Shown one piece after another: positions 36,875 to 46,026 of a stretch of 64,000 nucleotides of DNA. The stretch's first letter is position 1, and every line of letters starts with the position of its first letter. The DNA is from an uncultured Ignavibacteriales bacterium. GTDB lineage: Bacteria > Zixibacteria > MSB-5A5 > GN15 > FEB-12. Where the stretch lies: positions 5,335 through 69,334 of the forward strand of contig CAZCZL010000005.1 in assembly GCA_964503315.1 (NCBI GenBank), in the 5' to 3' direction. The notes beneath the pieces were generated by a model that was given only the letters and a program-made list of their open reading frames with translations, ran no database searches and was not told where the DNA came from. The translations under genes were made by a program, and so were the position numbers.

Positions 36875-38320
36875 CTATTTATGGAAAACTATTTCGATCC
36901 GACGGTTTTTAGAGCGACCTTCGGCCGTCTGATTGGAGGCGATGAAGTTGGTTTCGCCGCGTCCGATAATCGTGATCCTGTCTCCCAGCACTCCGTATAC
37001 CACCAGATAGTCACGTATCCGATTGGCCCGTTTTTCCGAAAGTTTCAAGTTGGCGGCGTCGACACCGATGTCGTCAGTGTAGCCATTTATCTCCAACCGA
37101 ATCTCCGGAACCAGCACCAAAGCCCTGGCGAGTGATTCAACTCTGGTCTTGGTCTTGGCGTCGATCTCAAATCCGCCCGGTTCGTAGTCCGGTCGTAGAA
37201 CCATCGGCTTGCTGAAGATCGTCAGATCCATACAGCCAAACTTGTCGACCGGGATCCCTATCAGTGTCGTCGGGCAATCATCCAGGCCATCCGGCACGCC
37301 ATCCCGGTCGCCATCCAACGGACATCCAGTTGGGTCAACCTGCGCGCCGACCGGATTGGTCGGGCAGCCATCCTTGTAGTCAGGTATGCCGTCGAAATCC
37401 GAATCAACCGGGCAACCGAAGATATCGATTTTACCTCGCGCAGCCGGTTCGGTGCCGGGGCAATCATCCAGTCCGTCGGCGACTCCATCGCCATCGCTAT
37501 CCTTGGGGCAACCGTATCGGTCGACCTCTATGCCTCGCGGCGTGCCGAGGCACTTGTCGATATCATCAGCCACGCCGTCGGCATCGGAGTCAATGGCCGC
37601 TAGTTTGCCGGGACGGGCAGGTGCTTCGGGCTGAGACCAGGAGGAATCCGAGCTCCAATTCTCTCTTGGACGGCCGCCGCCGAAATGGATATTCAGTGAA
37701 AGCATGCCGTTCATGATCCATCGATCGCGGGCTTCATTGACTGGTGCCGCGAATTCAGCTCCCGCGCCGGTCAGATAATCCGCTGTGCCGGTGAACTGGA
37801 AGGAGACTGTTGGGGAGGCATGCAGCATCAATTTCAATCCGGCCGTGACGAACAGCTCGGAGGCGGAGTATTCTATATCCTGACCGCGATTCCCTTCCAC
37901 GCGGAGAGTGGTGTCATTCCATTCGTCGACGACTTTCCAGTCGAGCAGTCCGCCGCCGAATCCAAGACCGATGTTGAACCGCGACCAGGCGGGCTTGAAC
38001 AGATGACTGACCAGTGCGCCGACTCGAATCCCCTTTAACTCACCGCGAAGTCCCCCCATGGGCCGAAGTGTGTCAGCCGGGCTGGAGATGACCTCTTCTT
38101 CTTTGCTGTTGATCAGAGAGCCGTTCATTTCGACCAGCCACCGGTCGTTGATTCGATGTCCCAGGACCGCGCCGTAAGACATCCCCATCTTGAACGTAAA
38201 ATCCTTCCCCCCTACGGGCTGAGTTAGGCCCGCAGAACCGCCAAGCCAATAGCGGTAGTCATCCGCCGACACCGATGTGACGAGGATAAGTAGGGTCAAT
38301 ATGATGAGAACCCGGCGCAT
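36875..38320 (-). CDS. OmpA-family outer-membrane protein with thrombospondin type-3 Ca-binding repeats
   Basis: Signal peptide and N-terminal beta-barrel-like region. DSDADGVADDIDKCLGTP / DSDGDGVADGLDDCPGT / DSDFDGIPDYKDGCP / DGDRDGVPDGLDDCP repeats. C-terminal OmpA domain NGYTDDIG...LSEKRANRIRDYL...NRRIEIV. Confidence 0.85.
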   Translation of the reverse strand: MRRVLIILTLLILVTSVSADDYRYWLGGSAGLTQPVGGKDFTFKMGMSYGAVLGHRINDRWLVEMNGSLINSKEEEVISSPADTLRPMGGLRGELKGIRVGALVSHLFKPAWSRFNIGLGFGGGLLDWKVVDEWNDTTLRVEGNRGQDIEYSASELFVTAGLKLMLHASPTVSFQFTGTADYLTGAGAEFAAPVNEARDRWIMNGMLSLNIHFGGGRPRENWSSDSSWSQPEAPARPGKLAAIDSDADGVADDIDKCLGTPRGIEVDRYGCPKDSDGDGVADGLDDCPGTEPAARGKIDIFGCPVDSDFDGIPDYKDGCPTNPVGAQVDPTGCPLDGDRDGVPDGLDDCPTTLIGIPVDKFGCMDLTIFSKPMVLRPDYEPGGFEIDAKTKTRVESLARALVLVPEIRLEINGYTDDIGVDAANLKLSEKRANRIRDYLVVYGVLGDRITIIGRGETNFIASNQTAEGRSKNRRIEIVFHK

Positions 38321-38368
38321 AGCTACAATCTCAGGCAGGCGTGCGGTCGACGCAATTAAAACTGTAAC

Positions 38369-39628
38369 CTAATAGAGCTTTTTGACTTCGGAACCGGTAT
38401 AGTAATGCTTCAGGATATTGTCAAAGGTCCAGCCGACCCGGGATTTGCCGATAGCCCCGCACTGGCACATGCCGACCCCGTGACCGTATCCGCCACCGAC
38501 AAAAGCGATTCTCTCGACATTCCCCTGGCTATCCCGATTGACCTCGACATCAAACTTGTCCGACTGCAGGATCAGGTCAGGGTTGGAGTTGCGCCCGATA
38601 GCCCAGCGAATGCGATCTTTGAAAAACCGATGGTTATCGGTGTCCGTCCGCACAAAGAGCTTGGCGACCCGTCCACCGGCGGTCCGTTCTTCGATACGCA
38701 CGTCCGTTATCGGCGCCAGCTTGATCTGGCGGCCACGGTCGCCGGAGAGATACTGCTCGAGTCTTCCCCGAAGCTGCGCTTCGGTAAACTCCTCACGCCA
38801 GGTGTAGTACTTGGACCATGAACAGGAGGCGGAGTCATCGACCGGCTTCAAATACGGCGCGGCCGGTTTATCCCAGACATGCGAGATGTCGTCGGTCATG
38901 CCACCGCAGGTCGAGTGATAGTAGGCGTTGATAAAGGCATCTTCGAACATGATGATATCGCCGGTGGTCTGGTCGATCGCTTCGTTGACCAGGCGATTTT
39001 CCACGTTCATCCCCTCGTACAACTGGTCGACCACCGTCGGCTTCATATCGTACGGTTCCTGGCCGTACTGCTGCAGATGTTTGATCGCATAGGTTCGCGC
39101 CGCGACCGCCTGCGCCTTGATCGCCTCGATCTCCGAGCGGTCACGGTCGCCGATCTCCGGCGGAACCACGCCGCGGAGGTAATCTTCCATATATAGGACA
39201 TTCACCAGGCGAACGCTCGACCCATATGGGAGGGCTTTGACGATACCTCGATACCCGCGCTTGTTGAAATGGATATGCGAGGTGTTCCCCCGTGGAATGA
39301 AATTGACTTCATCCAGATCTTCTTGTATAAGCTCGCCGCGGTTGTTTTCCACGCGAAGGCGCGGGCCATATATTTTGACCCGGACATCCTGCCCGGAATA
39401 GTAGACTGCCTGGCTCTCCCCTTGAAGACACTCGATTGCGAACGCGCCATCAGACTCGATCAGCACTGAGGGTTCATTTTCAATCAGCAGGACGCGGACG
39501 AACGGGACGCGGATTATGGGCGTGACATTCTCGTCCTTCACGCCGGGAATACCGGCACAACTCCAGAAAACGACTATCAGAATGAGGCCGAAAGCCGCTC
39601 GCACGCCATATCCAAGAACTCTGTTCAC
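38369..39628 (-). CDS. SpoIID/LytB-domain protein (peptidoglycan lytic transglycosylase family)
   Basis: AIKAQAVAARTYA, YYHSTCGGMT, GHGVGMCQCGA. Confidence 0.85.
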   Translation of the reverse strand: MNRVLGYGVRAAFGLILIVVFWSCAGIPGVKDENVTPIIRVPFVRVLLIENEPSVLIESDGAFAIECLQGESQAVYYSGQDVRVKIYGPRLRVENNRGELIQEDLDEVNFIPRGNTSHIHFNKRGYRGIVKALPYGSSVRLVNVLYMEDYLRGVVPPEIGDRDRSEIEAIKAQAVAARTYAIKHLQQYGQEPYDMKPTVVDQLYEGMNVENRLVNEAIDQTTGDIIMFEDAFINAYYHSTCGGMTDDISHVWDKPAAPYLKPVDDSASCSWSKYYTWREEFTEAQLRGRLEQYLSGDRGRQIKLAPITDVRIEERTAGGRVAKLFVRTDTDNHRFFKDRIRWAIGRNSNPDLILQSDKFDVEVNRDSQGNVERIAFVGGGYGHGVGMCQCGAIGKSRVGWTFDNILKHYYTGSEVKKLY

Positions 39629-39662
39629 AGCAACCCTGCTTCTGTTTAGTGTCCGTACTTGT

Positions 39663-40847
39663 TTATACCGGCGGCTGGGCGATCGTCCCCAAAATCGGGA
39701 GCCGCTTTTGTCTGCCGCCGAATCGTGTCGCCAACGGCTGTGACCAGAGGCAAGACGCCCCCATCACCGCGTAGCTGGCCGCTTCGGTCATTGAAGGATC
39801 CATTCCAAGCTCGTGAACCGAAGAAACATTGAACCCGTTTAGACTTGCGCTTACGCGCTCGCGAAGAAAACTGTTATACGCTCCCCCGCCGGTCAAATAT
39901 AAACTCCGGATAGAGCGATCATGTTGAACTATCGGCCGCACTTTGCGACTGATGCCAAACGCGGTCAATTCAATCGCGGTCGCCAACAGGTCATGCGAAG
40001 ACAGTTTGAGCCGCTTTCCTTCGCGGATCATCTTCGCGGCCAACTCGGCCCCGAACTGCTCCCGGCCGGTCGAGACCGCAGTATCCCGAAAAAACTTCAG
40101 TGCGGTCAGCGTGGCCAGGAGCCGCTGAGAGACCGCGCCATTGCGAGCGAGCTTGCCATCATTATCGAATCTTTTTCCGAAGAGCTTCTGGCTGAGGAGA
40201 TCGGAGAGCACATTCCCGGGACCGCAATCGGCCGCGCGAACCTTGCTGATTTTGCCTCCGGCGGGGATGTAAAAAAAGTTCGCCATCCCTCCCACATTGA
40301 CAACCAACCGCGACACTCTTGGATGTTGAAAGAGTCTCACCACTGCGGCTACGGTGATAGGCGCCCCTTCGTTCCCCAGAGCGATATCGGCTTGGCGGAA
40401 ATCACCTACTGCTACTTTGCCGGTATGAGCCGCGATTCTCGCAAGTGAGCCTATCTGGAGTGTCCCGTGCACGACCATCCCCGCCATTGATCGTTTGCGC
40501 GGCATATGTCGGATCGTCTGCCCATGCGAAGCTACAGCGTCGACGGTGATCCGTTTTGCGCGAAGGTTTTTCAGATAGGATGCCGCTTCTCTACCGAAGA
40601 ACTCCCCCAACAACGCGTCAGTCGCAATAAGCTGCTCAAGAGTAGTCGACGAACTATCCGCCAGAGCAAGGACTTCCTTCCGGATCGCGGCGGAGTATCT
40701 CTTCGATGACGAATGCAGCAGCACTACAGGCTTTTTTGATGATCGTGGAACGCGAACTACCGCCATATCCAGACCATCGGCCGAGGTTCCGGAGTTGAGA
40801 CCCAGGATGGTCAGACTCTGTTTAGTGTCAGGTTCCAGCGGTCTCAT
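39663..40847 (-). CDS. anmK: anhydro-N-acetylmuramic acid kinase
   Basis: ILGLNSGTSADGLD, VASHGQTIRH, NVGGMANF, YLTGGGAYN. ATG at 40847 preferred; the TTG at 40853 would overlap the nagZ stop. Confidence 0.85.
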   Translation of the reverse strand: MRPLEPDTKQSLTILGLNSGTSADGLDMAVVRVPRSSKKPVVLLHSSSKRYSAAIRKEVLALADSSSTTLEQLIATDALLGEFFGREAASYLKNLRAKRITVDAVASHGQTIRHMPRKRSMAGMVVHGTLQIGSLARIAAHTGKVAVGDFRQADIALGNEGAPITVAAVVRLFQHPRVSRLVVNVGGMANFFYIPAGGKISKVRAADCGPGNVLSDLLSQKLFGKRFDNDGKLARNGAVSQRLLATLTALKFFRDTAVSTGREQFGAELAAKMIREGKRLKLSSHDLLATAIELTAFGISRKVRPIVQHDRSIRSLYLTGGGAYNSFLRERVSASLNGFNVSSVHELGMDPSMTEAASYAVMGASCLWSQPLATRFGGRQKRLPILGTIAQPPV

Positions 40848-40849
40848 TC

Positions 40850-41887
40850 TCAACTGATGGAGGAACGTCCAAGTTTGAATTTCAGACCGGCGATGCGCGC
40901 CAGAGACGCGCGGATCCGCTCGGGAGATACTTCGCCGCGCTTGCAGGCATCAACGAAGTAATCAAACGCCTGTATGGCAAGATCGGTCTGTTGACCGAAG
41001 AGCAGGATATCATGGCCGGCGTTGAACGCCGCCACTGCCCGTTCACCCGGATCACCCAGCTCCACCGCTCCGCCCATACAGAGATCATCCGTGATGACCG
41101 GTCCATCGAAGCCGAGCGAGCCGCGCAGCATATCCTGGATGATCTGCGGCGACGCGGTGACAATTTGCTTATCGATCTTCGGTAGCCGCACATGCGTGGT
41201 CATTACCATGTCCACGCCGGCCTCGATCCCTGCCTGGAAGGGGATCTTCTCCCGTTGTTCCCAGAGCATATCGTCGTAATCAGCGATGGCAGTCTTGTGG
41301 TGCGGGTCGTTTTTGGCCGCGCCAAAACCGGGGAAATGTTTGAGACAGGATATCAGACCATGCGCCTTGCTTATCTGGACCGATTTGGCGACAAATCGGG
41401 CGACCAGATCGGCGGACGAGCCAAATGAGCGATCTTTGATACAGCTATTCTCGGGGTCGATATCGATATCCGCGACCGGAGCGAGATTCATGTTTATCCC
41501 GAGCGCTTCCATATAGACCGCGGCGCGGGAATACTCTTCGGCAAAGTGCTCGAGGTTTCCTTCCTTCCCATAAGCTGAGGCCGCGCGATACTCGACCGGC
41601 GCGCCTTTAAGACGGCAAACCCGGCCACCTTCCTGGTCGATAGCGATGAACGGCGCCTCGTTACGATAGACCGACCGGATCGTCTCGATATTCTGGCGAG
41701 CGACCTGGTGGGTCGCGCAGTTGTCGGCAAAAACTATGACGCCGCCGATCTGCTCTTCGGCGATGAAGTTCAGGAACGCTTTGGACGGTTCTCCGCCGGG
41801 GAACCCTATGATAAAGAGTTGTCCAAGTTGCTGGTACATAGCCTTAGTACGTCTGATCTTGCCGGTCGTGTTCACTTCGGGTTGCAT
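40850..41887 (-). CDS. nagZ: beta-N-acetylhexosaminidase (GH3)
   Basis: IAIDQEGGRV, KHFPGFG, VMTTHV, VITDDLCMG. Start at ATG41887, 10 nt after the GGDEF gene stop. ATG41839 is an alternative. The track start at 42010 would overlap the upstream gene by 113 nt. Confidence 0.8.
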   Translation of the reverse strand: MQPEVNTTGKIRRTKAMYQQLGQLFIIGFPGGEPSKAFLNFIAEEQIGGVIVFADNCATHQVARQNIETIRSVYRNEAPFIAIDQEGGRVCRLKGAPVEYRAASAYGKEGNLEHFAEEYSRAAVYMEALGINMNLAPVADIDIDPENSCIKDRSFGSSADLVARFVAKSVQISKAHGLISCLKHFPGFGAAKNDPHHKTAIADYDDMLWEQREKIPFQAGIEAGVDMVMTTHVRLPKIDKQIVTASPQIIQDMLRGSLGFDGPVITDDLCMGGAVELGDPGERAVAAFNAGHDILLFGQQTDLAIQAFDYFVDACKRGEVSPERIRASLARIAGLKFKLGRSSIS

Positions 41888-41897
41888 CACATCACTC

Positions 41898-43454
41898 TCA
41901 CAGTGTGCAGACAGAGTTTTTACCAGACCCCTTCGCACGATAGAGCGCCTGGTCGGCGACAGAGACCAGCTCTTCCTGTGAGCGGCCATTTTCCGGGAAC
42001 GAACTGACACCCACGGAGACCGTGATCTTCAACCTGCCGGCCGTACCGGCATCGATCACTGTCCCCTCCACCTGTTCGCGGATCCGTTCGCCGATGAGCG
42101 AGGCCTCCCCTGCCGCAGTCTGCGGCAGGATGACGACAAACTCCTCGCCACCGTAGCGGGCGAAGATGTCGACATCACGAATACACCGCTTGATGATCCG
42201 CGACAGTTCCTTGAGGACGATATTCCCAATCTCATGACCGTAGGTGTCATTTAACTTCTTGAACCAGTCAATATCAACCATAATCAGCGAGACCGGGAGG
42301 TCGTAACGCTGGGCACGTTTCTTTTCTTCCTGAAGTTTCTGGATGAAATAGCGGTAGTTGAAGGTCTCCGTCAGTTCATCGATGATCGTCAGCTCTTCGG
42401 TACGTTTGTGCAGTTCGGAGTTTTCGAGCGCCAGAGCGGTGGAACGCGCCAGGATCGACAGGAACTGCTCCTCCCGGTCACTGAGCCGTTTGCTCTCCGA
42501 GGCTTCGGCGATCAGAAGGCCGTTGGTCTGGCCGTGCGTGGTCAAAGGCACGATCATCACGGCTCGCGAGACATCCGACAAGGGCGTGTAATCCTTTCGC
42601 TCGCGGATATCCTTCACGCGGATTGTCTCATGCATATCCGCCACGCGGCGGATCAGATCGTTGTCCGCGACCTCCATTGCTTTCATGTTGTGGCTCTGCT
42701 GGCCATCCACCGAGCGCGCGCGATAGTAGAACTGCCCCCGTCGGTCGCGGAAGACCACCGCGCAGGTGGAGAACTGAAGCGTGTTGGTCATCAGGCGCAT
42801 TACTTCTCTGACAACCCCATCCGTGTCAAGGATAGCGGCGAGAATACGCGTATTCTCATAGATCATCTCGACCTGTGCCTGTGAACGCTCCAATTCCGCC
42901 GTTCGAAGATTCAACGTGTCAAATAGCTTCATCAGACGGCCTTCAGAGCGACGGAGAAACTCGGCGACGTATGAGATACCGAGGAAGAGCGCCCAGAGCA
43001 TGCCTAGGCGAAGGGTCAGGTCATTGATGTCATGCAAAGTCTGCAGCGGCAGGACCAGAACAAGGTAGCTGAGCGACGCGACCATTGTCGCCGCAAAGGC
43101 CAGCCAGAAGGTCAACAGATACGCCGCCACCGAGACTGTCAGGTAGTAGAGCAGATAAAACGATGAATCGTATCCTCCCGTAACCTGGATATAGAGTGGA
43201 ATGAAAAAAAGGTCGAAGACAATGCACGACAGATGTGCCAGTTTGAGGTCGAATTTCCCACGCACTGCCGCGGCAAAAACCAGCAGGTGAGTCAGGTAAA
43301 TAACCGGTACTCCCACCGCTACCCAAAGCGGCGTGTTCCCCCGCATGAATAGCATACACCCTATCAGTCCTGCCAGCGTCACCACTCGGGTGGCCAGATA
43401 GAACGAATCCAGGCGAGGAAGGAGCGTTTTATTCCGGTCGAGAAATAGCTTCAT
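41898..43454 (-). CDS. membrane-bound diguanylate cyclase (5-6 TM + GAF + GGDEF)
   Basis: RYGGEEFVVIL active site with an RDVD I-site 5 residues upstream. GAF-like central region. Hydrophobic N-terminal third. Confidence 0.85.
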   Translation of the reverse strand: MKLFLDRNKTLLPRLDSFYLATRVVTLAGLIGCMLFMRGNTPLWVAVGVPVIYLTHLLVFAAAVRGKFDLKLAHLSCIVFDLFFIPLYIQVTGGYDSSFYLLYYLTVSVAAYLLTFWLAFAATMVASLSYLVLVLPLQTLHDINDLTLRLGMLWALFLGISYVAEFLRRSEGRLMKLFDTLNLRTAELERSQAQVEMIYENTRILAAILDTDGVVREVMRLMTNTLQFSTCAVVFRDRRGQFYYRARSVDGQQSHNMKAMEVADNDLIRRVADMHETIRVKDIRERKDYTPLSDVSRAVMIVPLTTHGQTNGLLIAEASESKRLSDREEQFLSILARSTALALENSELHKRTEELTIIDELTETFNYRYFIQKLQEEKKRAQRYDLPVSLIMVDIDWFKKLNDTYGHEIGNIVLKELSRIIKRCIRDVDIFARYGGEEFVVILPQTAAGEASLIGERIREQVEGTVIDAGTAGRLKITVSVGVSSFPENGRSQEELVSVADQALYRAKGSGKNSVCTL

Positions 43455-43622
43455 CTAGCTGTATCCTGCGCTACCGTAACAATATCGGCCGGTTTGGCGG
43501 CTGGTTTACGAAGCGGCCCCAGATAACTCATCCATCGCTGTATCGGCAAAACCAGGCTTGCCTCAATCCTCTGTGCTGGTTATTGTTAGGCAAAATTCTC
43601 GAATTCCTTTATGGGAGCAGAT

Positions 43623-45326
43623 ATGTCTCTGGCGCTCCTTGCTATCGCCTTTTTGGCTCTCTTGATGGTCGCGTATCGTCTGTACGGAGGATGGGTCTCC
43701 CGGCAGGTCAGTCTCGATGACCGCCGCGTCACCCCCGCTCATAAAGTGAACGACGGTGTCGATTACGTCCCGACCAAAATGCTCTATCTTTTTCCCCAGC
43801 ATTTCTCCGCTATCGCGGCCGCCGGACCGATTGCGGGCCCGATTCTGGCCTGCCAATCATTCGGCTGGCTCCCCTGCCTGCTCTGGATCGGTCTTGGTGT
43901 GGTGTTGATCGGCGCGGTGCATGACTTCTCATCGCTGGCGGCCTCCGTGCGTCATGGCGGAACCTCAATCGCTGATATAGTCCGCAATCTGATGGGGCCG
44001 CGCGCCGGTATCGCCATCATGGTCTTCATTTGGATAACGCTCATCTACGTGACCGTCGCGTTTACCGCGATGACTTCGGCAAGCTTCGTCACGACACCAG
44101 AGGAGTTGCAGGGGGTTAAGGTTGATTTCAATCCGGGCGGCGCGGTCGCGTCGGCCAGTATCATGTATCTACTGCTCGCGATGGTGATGGGCGTGGTGCA
44201 ACGATTCCTCAAGCCGCCGCTCTGGCTCTTGACGGTCACTTTCGTTCCGGCTACGCTCGGGGTTGTTTGGTTGGGGACTTCACTTTCTCACCTCTGGACT
44301 TTTGATCTGCAAACCTGGGGACTGCTGATACTTGCGTACTGCGCGGTAGCCTCGGTGGTGCCAGTGTGGGCTCTCTTGCAGCCGCGCGGCTACCTCGGAG
44401 GATTTATTCTTTTTCTCGCCTTGGGGCTTGGTATCGTCGGCATTTTCTTCGGCGGATATGAGATCAAGCAGGAAGCTTTCAAATCGTTTGATATCGGCGG
44501 CGCGACGGGGACACTTTTCCCGTTCCTTTTTGTCACGATCGCGTGCGGGGCATGTTCCGGTTTTCACGGGCTTGTTTGTTCGGGGACGACGTGCAAGCAG
44601 ATAGACAAGGAGTCGCATATCAAGCCGGTCGGCTATGGTGCGATGCTGGCCGAGGGGTTTGTCGCGTTCATCTCTCTCGTCACGATCATGATTGTCGCCT
44701 CCGGTGACATCAAAGGACTCAGTCCCGCGACAGTCTATGGCAACGGCATCGGACACTTCTTGACGCTGATCATTGGCGAGCAGAACCTTCCCTTCGCGAT
44801 CACGTTTGGCGCGATGGCTTTCTCGACTTTTGTGTTCGACACGCTCGATGTTTGCACCCGTCTTGGGCGTTACATCATTCAGGAGATATTCCATTGGCCG
44901 GGGAAGTTAGGGGCTATAACGGCGACTCTTATCACGGTCGCGGTGCCGGTCTATTTCGTGTCGACCTCGCTTAATGCCGGATGGCGTGGGTTCTGGACAC
45001 TGTTTGGAGCGTCGAACCAACTGCTCGCAGCGCTTACGTTGCTGGCAATATCCGTCTGGCTGTACAAAGCGCGTCGACGGATCGCTTTCACCCTTCTCCC
45101 CATGCTGTTTGTGCTGACCATCACACTCTGGGCACTGGGGAAATTGACCTGGAGCAATTTCACTTCTGAGAACGTCACCACCGTGATGATCATCAACGGC
45201 GTGGCGTCGCTCGCGTTGATGTTATTGGCGGTCTATCTGGTGATAAAAGGTCTGCTGGAGGCGAAGAAGGGGGAGAGAGACGAGACCGGATTTGTGGCGC
45301 CGGAATCGGCACGCGCGAAAAGCTAA
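43623..45326 (+). CDS. cstA: carbon starvation protein A (peptide/pyruvate transporter family)
   Basis: YRLYGGWV, NDGVDYVPT, QHFSAIAAAGPIAGPILA, LFPFLFVTIACGACSGFH. ATG43623 is preferred (GGGAG SD 5 nt upstream); ATG43611 is also possible. Confidence 0.9.
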   Translation: MSLALLAIAFLALLMVAYRLYGGWVSRQVSLDDRRVTPAHKVNDGVDYVPTKMLYLFPQHFSAIAAAGPIAGPILACQSFGWLPCLLWIGLGVVLIGAVHDFSSLAASVRHGGTSIADIVRNLMGPRAGIAIMVFIWITLIYVTVAFTAMTSASFVTTPEELQGVKVDFNPGGAVASASIMYLLLAMVMGVVQRFLKPPLWLLTVTFVPATLGVVWLGTSLSHLWTFDLQTWGLLILAYCAVASVVPVWALLQPRGYLGGFILFLALGLGIVGIFFGGYEIKQEAFKSFDIGGATGTLFPFLFVTIACGACSGFHGLVCSGTTCKQIDKESHIKPVGYGAMLAEGFVAFISLVTIMIVASGDIKGLSPATVYGNGIGHFLTLIIGEQNLPFAITFGAMAFSTFVFDTLDVCTRLGRYIIQEIFHWPGKLGAITATLITVAVPVYFVSTSLNAGWRGFWTLFGASNQLLAALTLLAISVWLYKARRRIAFTLLPMLFVLTITLWALGKLTWSNFTSENVTTVMIINGVASLALMLLAVYLVIKGLLEAKKGERDETGFVAPESARAKS

Positions 45327-45892
45327 AGGCGCCGTGTCGCTCGTTTCTGTTGACCGACATACAGCGCGGTTAGGAAAAGACCCGCGCCAAAGAGGAATCC
45401 GCCAAATCCGGTTTTTCCATAGACCGACCATGGCGGCGTGATTTTCAGTCGTGAATCGGCCGGGTTAGCCGGATCATAGTGTATCACTACCTGCTTCCCA
45501 ATCGGATATTCCGAGGCGACCCCTTCGGCCGCATCCCGCTTCGCATTGCGACCGCCAAAGCCGGGTGGATCGAGATTGGTGCTGTCGCGATAGATGATCT
45601 CATCAACCGCGTACTGGTAGACTATCTCCGGGCGATACGCTCGTTCACCGACCACTCGCGAATCAGTGATAACTCCCTGAACGGAGTTCCAGCCCCGCAG
45701 GCTGACATACTGCTCCATCAGGCTCATCTGGGAATAGACCAGCCAGATTCCAATAATGGCAATTACAAGGGAGGATACCGTTAACCATCCCGGCACACGG
45801 AAGGGGGGCTGTCGCCAGACCAGGCCGAGGATAGCCCCGACGAGGCCGAATGACAGAAGCATGACAATTCCGATGACCAGCGGCTGATCCAT
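45323..45892 (-). CDS. DUF3592-like membrane protein
   Basis: TM - beta-rich domain (YRPEIVYQYAVDEIIYRDS ... YPIGKQVVIHYDPANP) - TM. ATG45892 preferred over the upstream TTG at 45952. Confidence 0.7.
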   Translation of the reverse strand: MDQPLVIGIVMLLSFGLVGAILGLVWRQPPFRVPGWLTVSSLVIAIIGIWLVYSQMSLMEQYVSLRGWNSVQGVITDSRVVGERAYRPEIVYQYAVDEIIYRDSTNLDPPGFGGRNAKRDAAEGVASEYPIGKQVVIHYDPANPADSRLKITPPWSVYGKTGFGGFLFGAGLFLTALYVGQQKRATRRL

Positions 45893-46026
45893 GTTCCCTT
45901 TCGCAATCTCTAAACGACTGTAACAATATATCCCGACTGAATTTCCGGACAACCTTTTAGTTGCCTTTTTGACCCGGCCCTAGCAACTTGTTATGGCTCC
46001 TCCCGTACAGAGAACTAACGGAGCAT

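Noticed and set aside
41888-42010. Upstream start (42010) for nagZ, and the upstream starts given in the ORF track for 6186, 10149, 22228, 22299, 45952, 45988, 52268 and 59264.
   Set aside because: The upstream extensions overlap neighbouring genes, or add non-hydrophobic N-termini in front of clear signal peptides, or lack an SD. Internal ATGs with an SD and a signal peptide were preferred. The exact starts remain unverified.
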